DNA of 53,011 nucleotides, filler included, from Squatina squatina (Eukaryota): NCBI GenBank assembly GCA_031763465.1. It is 3 parts of 3 records of this genome, joined end to end, with 100 filler letters (N's around TTAATTAATTAA, not from the genome) between each part and the next. Parts side by side here need not be neighbours in the genome. Positions count along the whole stretch, not along the records: positions 1 to 15,038 come from JARFOE010000080.1; 2 more parts are not named here. The stretch is one strand, 5' to 3'. Shown here one piece after another: positions 1 through 10,372 of the stretch. A program made the position numbers and the translations under genes. The notes under the pieces were generated by a model. That model had not been told where the DNA came from. It made no database searches and saw only the letters and a program-made list of their open reading frames with translations. The number at the start of each line of letters is the position of its first letter. Position 1 is the stretch's first letter.

Positions 1-483
1 CTCAGCTTGAAATTATTGTTGACCATGTTAGCAGTGGAGCATTTAATGGTTACTTCCACTGGGTTCCCCTCTCTTCCCACTCAGACCGCTACTTCACTGC
101 CTCAGCCTAAAGTTTCAGCGTCAGCTTAACCTAGTAGGTAGACTTTGTTATAGTTCAAAAAAAAGGTAAAACTAATCTGATACATGATGCTCATTAAACT
201 CTCCATTACGATGAGGCAATATGTGTTGAAAATCATGAATTAAAACTCATAGCTATCGATACTAACTCTCAATCAATAGTGAAATCGAATTTTATCATGT
301 GATTGCTGTTCTGTAGATCCATAGCATTTAGTCCAAAGGTATAAAATTGGGAGAGGAAGAAAATATATGTGCATTTGGTAGTGCTGAAAGACTATTCATA
401 GAATCTGTGTGTTACTAGTTCTTTTTGTTGCACTCGGTGAATTCCTTTTTTTTCCTTTTTGTTCCAATATGTGACCTCTATAG

Positions 484-640
484 GTGCGAGAAGCTGCCTA
501 CAAGATCTTCCTGTATCCCAACCCTGAAATGCTGCACTGTTTGGACCAGCTTTTGAGTTGTAGGAACCAATTGGCACACTTAGTTGGTTATGAGAGCTTT
601 GCACACAGAGCATTGAGGGGCACAATGGCCAAGGACCCAG
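484..640 (+). CDS. MIPEP: MIPEP (mitochondrial intermediate peptidase, M3 family) internal exon
   Basis: TAG acceptor at 481-483 and GTAAT donor at 641. Encodes [52 protein letters not shown], matching recalled vertebrate MIPEP ([13 protein letters not shown]...LVGY..F.HRAL.GT.AK.P). Confidence 0.95.
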
Positions 641-719
641 GTAATGCACACCATGGTTGTGGTGCTTTTATTTATAATATCAATGCTTGCTATTGGCTGG
701 AATTTTATTTTTCTTGCAG

Positions 720-768
720 AAACCGTGATGTATTTCCTCACAAAATTGTCGGAAAAACTAACTAAAAG
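720..768 (+). CDS. MIPEP: MIPEP exon (49 bp) after a 79-bp intron
   Basis: ttcttgcag acceptor and GTAGG donor. Splices in frame with the previous exon to give [17 protein letters not shown]; human is recalled as ETVMQFLEKLSDKLSER. Confidence 0.92.
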
Positions 769-904
769 GTAGGCTTTGTTGGCCCCTTTGTTATTATGGC
801 CTTCAGGTTTTGTCTCTGTGTCTTTATTGGTGTTGAATAACTGCATGCATTTTAGTTTGTCGTTTACACTTCCTCAAAACCAAATTGCAGCTATTTTTTT
901 TTAA

Positions 905-1230
905 AAACCATTCACGAGATGTGGGTGTCGCTGGCAAGGCCAGCAGTAATTGCCCATCCATTATTGCCCTTGAGGAGGTGGGGGCGAGCCGCCTACTTGA
1001 ACCACTGCAGTCAGTGTGGTGAAGGAACTCAGACAGTGCTGTTGTGTAGGTGCTTCCAGGATTTTCACCCAGTGACGTTGAAGGAACGGTGATATATTTC
1101 CGAGTCAGGATGATGTGTGACTTGGAGGGAAACTTGGAGGTCGTGGTGTTCCCATGCACCTGCTCTCCTTGTCCTTCTAGGTGGTAGCGGTTGCGATTTT
1201 GGGATGTGCTGTCGAAGAAGCCTTGGTGAG
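905..1230 (-). mobile_element. 3' end of a CR1/L2-group LINE
   Basis: The minus strand gives a decayed ORF2 C-terminus (YHRSFNVTG*KSWKHLHNSTV...LQWFK*AARPHLLKGN) plus tail. Related sequence recurs at about 43350-43440 and 52295-52370. Confidence 0.75.
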
Positions 1231-1459
1231 CAGAGTCGGGAGCTGCCGGTAAGTTTAAAAGCGCAGGCTTTGTTTGTTTACAGGCTAGCCCATCTCAGAG
1301 ACAGAGGGCAGCGTTCCAGAGCCACGTCACATTTCAAAAAGTNNNNNNNNNNNNNNNNNNNNNNNNNNNNNNNNNNNNNNNNNNNNNNNNNNNNNNNNNN
1401 NNNNNNNNNNNNNNNNNNNNNNNNNNNNNNNNNNNNNNNNNNATGTCCTTTTTTGCTAG

Positions 1460-1537
1460 GCTGTGGTTGATGAAACAGATGGACTTGTGGGATACATTTA
1501 CTGTGATTTCTTCCACAGACCTGACAAACCCCATCAG
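1460..1537 (+). CDS. MIPEP: MIPEP exon (78 bp, phase 0-0)
   Basis: ttttttgctag acceptor and GTAGG donor. Encodes [26 protein letters not shown]; human is recalled as [26 protein letters not shown]. Not present as such in the ORF track. Confidence 0.94.
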
Positions 1538-1599
1538 GTAGGTTCTTACTAATATTCTTTGTCATATATATTTTATACCATTAGGTCTCTGGACTATAT

Positions 1600-1974
1600 G
1601 TGTTCACTCAATTATTTAAGAGTAGGAAAGATAAACTAGGAAATTATAGGCCTATTCGTCTAACATCAGTTGTGGGGATGTTACTAGAATCTGTTGATAG
1701 GGACAAAGTGACTGAGCATTTGGACAAATATGAGCTGATCAGAGAGTGTCAGCATGGATTTGTAAAGGGTAAGTCATCTCTACCGAACCTAGTTGATATC
1801 TTTGAGGAGGTAACTTACGTGGTAGATGAGGAAGTGTCTGTGGATGTAATTTATATTAACTTCCAGAAGGCCAATAAGAGACTGTTACCAAAAATAAGAT
1901 TTCATGGAATTGGCTTGGATAATGAATTGGTTAGGAGGTAGGAGACAGTGAGTAGGGATGAAGGGTATGTACTC
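1600..1974 (+). mobile_element. CR1/HER1 LINE reverse transcriptase fragment
   Basis: GNYRPIRLTSVVGMLLES...QHGFVKGKSSLPNLVDIFEEVT...VDVIYINFQKA are CR1 RT motifs, degenerate. Confidence 0.9.
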
Positions 1975-2074
1975 NNNNNNNNNNNNNNNNNNNNNNNNNN
2001 NNNNNNNNNNNNNNNNNNNNNNNNNNNNNNNNNNNNNNNNNNNNNNNNNNNNNNNNNNNNNNNNNNNNNNNNNN

Positions 2075-2390
2075 AGTCACGGGTGCGGGGAAGGAGTGTC
2101 GGAGTCAGGTGTGACCTCGGTAACTGGGGAAGAGGGGTCAGGTGTGACCTCAGTCACTGGGGAGGAGGGGTCAGGTGTGACCTCAGTCACGATGCGGGGA
2201 GCGAGTGTCGGAGTCAGGTGTGACCTCGGTAACTGGGGAAGAGGGGTCAGGTGTAACCTCAGTCACTGCGAGGAGGGGTCAGGCGTGACCTCAGTCACGG
2301 TGAGGGGGGGGGCGGGGGCGGGGTCGGGGTATCACATGTGACCTCAGGAATTGGCGGGCGGGGATGGGTCAGGTGTCTGATCGCACTTCA
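2075..2390. repeat. G-rich minisatellite of 33/33/43-bp units forming a 109-bp higher-order repeat
   Basis: The core GTCAGGTGTGACCTC recurs six times plus degenerate copies. The unit triplet starting at 2104 repeats at 2213. Confidence 0.9.
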
Positions 2391-2736
2391 ATAATGTGAT
2401 GTCACATCCACGGTAATTATATGCGCATTTGTTATGCATTTGTAATGTATATGTGCAACTGTTAAAATACAGGCTGCTAAAAAAATTTGCCTTGCTACGC
2501 TGCGCAACCTACAGTCTTGGCTACTTGCTGTGCTCCCACCCTGTGTGTTTCCAGATTCGGTTTTGAAAATACAGTCACCCTATTGTAGCCTTGCTGGTTA
2601 TACTGCACAATGCAACCAAGAGACATACAAGTGTGAATTAATAGTATAGAATATATTAATATTAAAAAAACAAAGATTAATTCTCCCAGAAAATTGCTAT
2701 AAGTAAATATTATGCATTTCTCGAATATCATTTCAG

Positions 2737-2811
2737 CCATTACCTCAGAATATGGTTTCCCGGCTCTGTGAATCTAAGAAGGTTTGTGCGGCTGCAGACC
2801 TGCAGCTTCAG
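2737..2811 (+). CDS. MIPEP: MIPEP exon (75 bp, phase 0-0)
   Basis: tttcag acceptor and GTAGG donor. Encodes [25 protein letters not shown]; human is recalled as [25 protein letters not shown]. Confidence 0.95.
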
Positions 2812-2964
2812 GTAGGTAAATATAAAGTCACATTATCTCAGATTAAAGGCTTTCATGCTAATCCNNNNNNNNNNNNNNNNNNNNNNNNNNNNNNNNNNNN
2901 NNNNNNNNNNNNNNNNNNNNNNNNNNNNNNNNNNNNNNNNNNNNNNNNNNNNNNNNNNNNNNNN

Positions 2965-3626
2965 CACTGACCCATCTGATTTGCTGCCTATGGTCACACA
3001 CCCACTGGACATTGAGGGAATGAAATTGCTTTTGATTCCAATACATGGCAAAGTTAACAGGCGACGCCCACAGAGTGATGTGCGTGCAGTCAATGACACC
3101 GTACACCATGGGTAAGCCTGCAATCCTAACGAAGCTGTGAGCTCGCTCCACCTGTTGCTCCCTGGCAAGAAAGAATGAAGTGTAGTCCACTCTCTTTGAA
3201 TAGAGCGGCTCAGTGAACTCCCTTACGCAACATTGGATAGCAAACTGCGAGATGTTGCAAATATTTCCTGCTCTAGCCTGGCAGGAGTCCAACGCATAAA
3301 AATTTATCGCCATGGTCACCTTCACAGCCACTGGCGATACAGTCCTTGCCCTGCTCTGAGGTTGTAGCTGCGGCTGCAGCTGGTGGCAGATTTCAGTGAG
3401 GATGACCTTACTGAAACACAGATGTCTCACATACTGTTCCTCGATGAGTTCCACGTAGGAGAATTGCTCCCAGAACAACTTGGGCAGATAGGGCCTCCTG
3501 CTGAGAGCCCTTCTCCCCCCTCCTCCTCCTCCTTCCTCTTCCAGCAGCTTATCCTGCTCTGCATGTCCTCTGTTCATTCTCTAAGTGATCCTGTATTCCA
3601 AGGAGAATTCCTACAAGTGCACCCAT
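2965..3626 (-). mobile_element. PIF/Harbinger transposase (HARBI1-like DDE), defective and cut by a gap
   Basis: RRALSRRPY...VAVKVTMAINFYA...ISQFAIQCCVREFTEPL...AGLPMVYGVIDCTHI...NQKQFHSLNVQWVCD is the Harbinger pattern (G.IDCTH; NRK.FHS.NVQ.VCD). The likely true start (ATG at 3626, MGALVGILLG) is separated from it by a stop and a frameshift. Confidence 0.9.
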
Positions 3627-4659
3627 GTCTGGCAGCAAGTGGTTTGTGCAGAAGCCTTGAACTCAGGAAAATGTCCTTCAGCACCTGCCATACCACTTCC
3701 TATAGACTTTGGCAACTTTAAACAACTATAGAAAGCACCAGACACTTGTAGAAGCATAGCACCAGTCAGAAGAAATTAACCAGCACTAACCTGTAAGTAG
3801 TTGATGATCACTTTAAATAGCGCTGGTGGGGCGGGGGGGATCCTTCATGCTGCTTAACATGTGTTCAGATGGGTGAGGTTAAGAGAGGGTGTCTGCTGGA
3901 GCTTCAAAATGGGACCACGCAGCCTGGGACCAGCTTTTTCAATGTTAGGTGACTGGGCCGTGCAGCCCCTTAAAGGGCCCATGCACCCCCCAAAAATAGG
4001 GGGAACATTGGTTGGGAGTGCTGGGAATTGACACAGTGCAGTTAACACCATGTTTTAGCAGTCTTATGAAGAGCGCAGCCATCTTATGATGAAATTATAA
4101 AACAATTCTTTCACTTGGGCATGATTTTTTTGAAAAAGGTTAGATGCAGAGTTACTTTTTCTACAATTACAGAGATAAAGCCATAATAAGGCCTTTTGTT
4201 AGCTATTATTATGGGAGGAGAACCACCCCCTCTAATTATCATACAAGTTATAGGAGTATTTAGATGTTATCAAATTCTACAGTAAATCCTGTCCTCTTGT
4301 CAACACCCACAGTCAGACAGAATGTCAGTCACACCTATTGGTATGAGAGCTGCTAACTCAGCACATTTGTGCCGAGCTTTAAACCTGATATGAATCTCTT
4401 TGGATCTGCAGTGTGAATTTTCCAAATTGGGTATTTTAACACAGGCAGGGCTCTTTTTTGAGTGATGACAACATGGAAATGCAGTACTTTACACTGAACA
4501 TATTCACCTTAAAGTAGTGTTTCATTCTCATTTAGTATTATGCCAGCACGTGTTAATGATAATCATTAAAATAGACATTATCATTTGTGAGTGTTAAAAG
4601 AGAATATTTTCTGTTACCTAAGGGAGAAGAGAGCCATTTTAATGACAAGTACTCTGCGT

Positions 4660-5350
4660 AGGAACATAGGAATTGCTAGGATAAGACTATGGTCCATCTA
4701 GTTTCCCTTCTACCATCCTGGTAGTCGCATGACACAATGATAATGGAGTTGCTGACTGATCATTAGCAATCAATCTCTATCAGTTAGTCTACAACAAACC
4801 CAGCCATGATGCGAGGAAAACCCCAGTGGTGGAAAGCTTTGGGAACCATAGGACCAAAGTCACCTGTTCCTCCAAGCATGCTACACTTACCACATGTCAT
4901 GTATCAAATTGCTCATAAACTGTATCCCAAAATGTTATTTTCTGTAAAATCTATCAAATTTGCATTTGAATGGATCAATATGAACTGCTTCACCTCTTCC
5001 TAGGGAGCCTGTTCCATAGATTGACCACTTGCTCACAGAAATATTGTTTCCATAGATTAGTTTTGAATTTCCTCCTCTTCAACGCAGGTTGTGTCCTCTG
5101 GTTCTACTGTTTTGGACAAGGTGAAATAACTTGTCATTGTCTACATTATCTAGTCCCTTTAGAATCCTACAAACAGCAATCGTTTCACTTCTCAGCCTTC
5201 TCTCTTCCAGTGAAAACAAGCCCAATTTACATAGTCGCTCCTCATAGTCCAATCCCTCCATCCCCTCAGACATTCTGGTAGCTCTCTTCTGTATCCTTAC
5301 AATAGCTGCAATAGTTGCCATATCCTTCTTGTACTGCATTGACCAGAGCT
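4660..5350 (-). mobile_element. CR1 LINE 3' portion
   Basis: IQKRATRM..GMEGLDYEERLCKLGLFSLEERRLR...SRTRGHNLR is the CR1 ORF2 C-terminus. A 3' UTR and tail follow toward 4660. Confidence 0.88.
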
Positions 5351-5603
5351 GTAGACAGTGTGTATTTACATGTTTATGTATTTCACATTTTTTCATTTCT
5401 CCTACCTGCTACATCATTTAAATTCCCTATGTACCCACGTGTAGACCTGAAGTCATTCAACTCTTTCAAGTTATGGTTGTTTAGATTTGAAGCAAAAGGT
5501 TTGATCTGAAGTATTTTTATTGGTTAATTTCACTCAGGTCTGTATATATATTTTCAAGTTCTGCAGAGAAGTGCAAAGACTTAAAGTTTTGTTTTCATTT
5601 TAG

Positions 5604-5725
5604 GCGTGGCAGCTGCGTTTTAGCCACCTTGTTGGATATGGTGCCAAGTATTATTCCTACCTCAGGCTGAGAGGTACAGCCTCTATGGTTTGGAAGCAAT
5701 GTTTCATGAAGGACCCACTTAACAG
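5604..5725 (+). CDS. MIPEP: MIPEP exon (122 bp) with the [13 protein letters not shown] motif
   Basis: ttttcattttag acceptor and GTAAA donor. Encodes [41 protein letters not shown]; human is recalled as [41 protein letters not shown]. Confidence 0.95.
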
Positions 5726-6171
5726 GTAAAAAAAGGAGAAAATGGATTTAAATTGTGATGTAAAAAAAAACATCTTTTCAAAGCCTGTTATTTTGTTGAA
5801 AGCTATTGATCTCAACAACAAAAAAATAATGGCACAGGAATGTAACCAAAAATCCAATCTTTATTGCTTTCCTTCCAGCAGAAATTCATTCTGGTGGGGG
5901 TTGGGGGCTGGTTTGTATTTTTTCAGTTGAAAGTTTTCCGCTTAATGGTTCAATTCTCCTCTAGCATCAACTTCTAATCTCCATTTGATGAGTGAAGTGT
6001 ACAATGTTGGAATATACCTGAAGGAAGATCGTTTATGGTCAAAAGGTAATATCAATGCTTTCTGAATTTGGAAGAAAAACTGGTTATGGGTTTGTACAAA
6101 AAAAAAAGACAAGGTTGGACGATTGTCAAGTGTCGAACAATGCCATCATGGAGTGGTTTTGGTGTGATTGA

Positions 6172-6296
6172 AGAGGAAAAAAAATTGCAGGGCTATGGGG
6201 AAAGTGCAGGGGCATGTGACTGATTGGAAAGCTCTTTCAAAGAGCCAGCCCAGGCACGGCTGGCTTCTGTGCTGCATCATTCGGTGATTCTATGAC
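6172..6296 (+). mobile_element. CR1/HER1 3' end fragment
   Basis: TTGCAGGGCTATGGGGAAAG...GCTCTTTCAAAGAGCCAGC...TGATTCTATG tail, similar to 37050-37160 and 51790-51917. Confidence 0.75.
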
Positions 6297-7149
6297 ATAG
6301 ACCCATTGCTTGTAGTGTGCCCATTGGTGCTAACGTGATAGGCCCGCTTTACACGGTGGACATTTTACACTTCAAAGTGCTCCGCTTAAAGCCCGCTAAT
6401 CTGTAATTATATGTCATTTGCTGTAAAATGTTTGCTGCAACTTGACCAAACTTAAAAGTTGATAATTTGAATGTACCAGCATGCCTTGAGAGGCCAAGAG
6501 GTTTTCTGGTGAACAAATATAAAGATAAAACTGCTGCGGCTGCAAGTTGTCAATCACAGATAAGGGAGCGACAGGGCTTGAACGGGAACAAACTGTTCGA
6601 CCGTTACAAACAAACAGGAACATCTTCAGACAAATGGTGGAACTGGCCTTGGGGCCCACTGCTTAACTGATCAGTTGATAATAAGAAGAGATAACCAACT
6701 GCCGGCCATTTGTCACACAGTTTGAGACATGCACGCAGTGGGTGGGCTGCCAAGTTTTGGATTATAAAATTGCTGCTAAAAGACACTCAGTGCTCCAGTC
6801 TGGCAACTTGGACAGTTGCCAGATACTAGTCACCGCCGAACTGACCACTCACTGGTGTTAGTAGGTATGTGTTTGCTTATGATTGCTTGAGTTTCTAGTG
6901 CGGGTTGTGGCCTGTGCATGCTTACTAAGATAGAATATAGATTGTAGGTTGTAGCCTGTGCATGGAAGGATGAGTGCAGATTATAGCCTATGCCTGCTTA
7001 CTTGTAATAAATATTCTTGTGTGAGCTTGCTTGTAACCTCTTGCTGATTTTTAAGTAAAGGAAACTAGTTCCAGGAATCTTTGTCTTGAGCTGTCTGTTC
7101 CCCAGGTCCGAACTCTATAAATGGTTGGATGGGTTAAAGTACAGGGGAA

Positions 7150-7402
7150 CTTAAATGTCTTACACTTGACTGGGAGCCAACGTAGGTCAGCGAGCACAAG
7201 GGTGATGGGTGAATTGTACTTGATGCAAGTTAGGACACAAGCAGCTGAGTTTTTGATAACCTCAAGTTTATGTAGGATAGAACACAGGAGGCCAGCCAGC
7301 TGTGTGTTGGAATAGTCAAGTCTAGAGGCAAGACAGGCAAGGATAAGGGTTTCAACAGCAGATGAGCTACGGCAGGGGTGGAATCGGGCAATGTTACCGA
7401 GG
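7150..7402 (-). mobile_element. L2 LINE ORF2 C-terminal fragment
   Basis: LGNIARFHPC...SRLDYSN...LHKLEVIKNSAACVLT...PITLVLADLRWLPV carries the L2 signature (RLDY.N; QN.AAR; ITP.L..LHWLP). Confidence 0.88.
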
Positions 7403-9324
7403 NNNNNNNNNNNNNNNNNNNNNNNNNNNNNNNNNNNNNNNNNNNNNNNNNNNNNNNNNNNNNNNNNNNNNNNNNNNNNNNNNNNNNNNNNNNNNNNNNN
7501 NNACACTGAGTAGGAGAAGAGTGTTAGGAACGGCAAAATCACAGTAAAAGAGGAGGGTCATTCAAGCTTTTTGAAAGCAGGGAGGATGGTAGCAAGGCAG
7601 AGGATGCTAAGGGAGTTCTAAAGGGCATGGGTTATAATTATTGAAGGAACAACTACCAAAATTGGAGTGGAAGGAGTGAGAAATGAAAAGTAGGCTGTTG
7701 TTGGAGGAACCGGAAGTACATGCAGTACAGGAGATTGTGAAAATGAGATGGAGAGCAGGGATGGGCCCAGTGGCGTGAGAGGTAAGGCTGTGGAGAGATT
7801 TGATAGCAAGGATGAGTTTCTTGGGGAACTCAGAGGCCTGGGGTGTTGGACATATGGGGCTTACAGTTACAGTTGATGTGATCTACAACAGATTTCAAGC
7901 ATGCACGGGTTTTTATTAAGGAGATAGAGGGAAGAATAAATTGCATGTGATTAAAGAGGGAAAGAATTGTCTTGCCCTTGTGTTAAATGACAGAAACAGA
8001 GATACACAATATTTAAATGCATTTTGCTTCAAGAAACCTTAATTGTATGGAATTTATATGTAGCCTACATCATTGTCTTGCTTACAGTCTTAAACAGAAA
8101 AGAAGCAACAGACAAGAGAAAGTTATACCTGATGATAAATAAATGGCTTGAGATGATACACAATACATGGACTGCAGATGCCAGAAAGATCCTACTGACA
8201 CCCATGCCCCAACTAATATGGGCCAGATTGCATTTCTCTAAAACAAAGAGTGTATTATAGTGTTTTGTCCATGTACTATATGCAATACACAGTTCTGATT
8301 CTCTAGCCATGAAAAGTCGCATGTACGTGGTTACAAAATATAAAGGCTCTTTGNNNNNNNNNNNNNNNNNNNNNNNNNNNNNNNNNNNNNNNNNNNNNNN
8401 NNNNNNNNNNNNNNNNNNNNNNNNNNNNNNNNNNNNNNNNNNNNNNNNNNNNNNNNNNNNNNNNNNNNNNNNNNNNNNNNNNNNNNNNNNNNNNNNNNNN
8501 NNNNAGAGCCCACAACAAAGTAACAATTCTTCATATCACAAACCATGCTAGGAGCACTTTTCATCTGTTTGATGTTTAGGGTCAGTCTACTTTCAATAAC
8601 TGAGGGCTTATATTTTATCTTTAAGGTTCTCACTGCTACAGTGGGTATTGTAATATTACCCAGCTACTGGCAGGGTTCCTATTGGGATTTTGAAGTATGG
8701 GTGTATGGAATGCATCTTCATTCTTGTTGCTTTTGATTAGGGTTAGACCTGAAGGCTGAAAAAAACATCATTACCCATTTGCAGTTGATGTTAAATAACT
8801 GGATTCCGATACACATTCCTTTGTCCTGTTTTCTGGTATATAAAATAAACATGACATTTTTACTATTTTTATGAAATCTGCCTTTTCACCTAGTTTTCCT
8901 TTTTTATTGCTCTCTACTAAAAGGATGTAGATTAATCCAATAACCTGACTTGTTACAATTTATTCTTGACTTTGTCCAACAATAGACAGAATACTGTTCC
9001 TTCTGGTATGGAGTTGTTATCATATTTACACTGGGTTGGTTATGGCTGGTCCCAAAGAGCTGCTTTTCTGGGGAAACTTTCAGTTTGATCATTCAATGCG
9101 TCAACTTAAAAATGAAATTGATATTCTCACAAATATTCTTTTGTTGACTAAACACCACTTAGCACTGATTCAACACTATAGAAAGAAGGAAAACCACACT
9201 TAAAGTGCTGTAGATAACAGTATCTGCTTCAAATAAATAATTTTATTGCAAAATAAATTCACTTTCAAGTACAGGAAGAATATATCAATGTAATACCACT
9301 AATACTGTAGTTTCATCCTTCCTA

Positions 9325-9445
9325 GAATTCCTTGTGGAATTCCTTGCCACAGAGAGCTGTGGAGGCTGAATCCTTGAATATATTCAAAGCTGAGACAGAT
9401 AGATTTTTAATCAGGAAGAGAATCAAGGGTTAAGGGGAAAGGGCA
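9325..9445 (+). mobile_element. CR1/HER1 3' fragment
   Basis: TGTGGAATTCCTTGCCACAGAGAGCTGTGGAGGCTGAATCC (WNSLP..AVEA motif), similar to 51000-51110. Confidence 0.75.
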
Positions 9446-9959
9446 NNNNNNNNNNNNNNNNNNNNNNNNNNNNNNNNNNNNNNNNNNNNNNNNNNNNNNN
9501 NNNNNNNNNNNNNNNNNNNNNNNNNNNNNNNNNNNNNNNNNNNNNTGGCAAAATGTGATTCAGATGAGCTGTATATTTTTCAGACGATGACAAATTTCCT
9601 AGCTGTGGAAGAAAAGCCAGTTCACTGATCCTCTGCCAATAATTATCAAAAGGAAAGCTGCAGTACTTTGAAGCAGCAGTTTGTACATATTTACAAAATC
9701 TGTCGAGTTACAGGCCATATCCAGCAGCTGGGAACATTCAGCTACTGCAGCAATCTATGGGCCTTGTGGGCTGCTGACAGCGCTTGGCGATTGAAAAGAA
9801 AAGGTTTTCCTTATCTCCCCTTCGCGAGGTATCCCCACATGACAAGAGGGTACTCAGGGTATCTGCTCCAAAGACTCTGCTAATGTCACTCCATAACAAG
9901 CTTTAAATTTGTCTCCTCATCTAGAAGATGATTTTACACCAGCACCACTCATATAGTCA

Positions 9960-10372
9960 TTATGGAGCGACAATTCCGTACTTTCAGGAAACATATGGAG
10001 CGCGCACATGCCTGGAGAGGCCCCGCAAGTTTGGGGTTTAGAGCTGCACTGCGCATACCCCTAAACCCGGAACGTCCGATCTATCAAGATTTCTCTTGAC
10101 AGATCCACCGCCTCCACTGGAAAAGTGCTTTCCTGAGGAGAGAACTGGGCTATTTGCACACCTCTTGCCCAGGGAAAGCCCTTTAATTTCTTACACCTGG
10201 CAAAAACAAGCATACAGGCTTGCTTTTACTAGCGTAAGAGTTTTTAAAAATATAAAAATTAATTAAATTACTGGATTATTGATTAAAAACCCAGTCCATC
10301 AAGGCAAGTATATTTTTACACATTTAAAAGATTTGTAAAAACATTTCAAATTTTTTTTTGTACTAGTTATTT
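9960..10372. repeat. Unclassified interspersed repeat with two tandem hairpins, possibly a non-autonomous DNA transposon end
   Basis: GC-rich island in AT-rich DNA. Inverted repeats at 10029-10041/10061-10073 and 10079-10089/10094-10104. Confidence 0.45.

Noticed and set aside
2075-2390. CRISPR-like look: a palindromic repeat with intervening sequences
   Set aside because: The intervening sequences are themselves repeated rather than unique, there are no cas genes, and the context is a vertebrate intron.
2858-3577. Host HARBI1 gene
   Set aside because: Disrupted N-terminus, altered conserved motifs and an intronic position indicate a transposon copy.
5965-6045. Possible 81-bp exon (ctctag...AAAG|gtaat; STSNLHLMSEVYNVGIYLKEDRLWSK)
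   Set aside because: No similarity to MIPEP, and in the phase left by the preceding MIPEP exon it hits a stop after three codons.
8024-8260. 78-aa ORF with a nearby acceptor as a MIPEP terminal exon
   Set aside because: It does not resemble the recalled MIPEP C-terminus or any protein I recognise.
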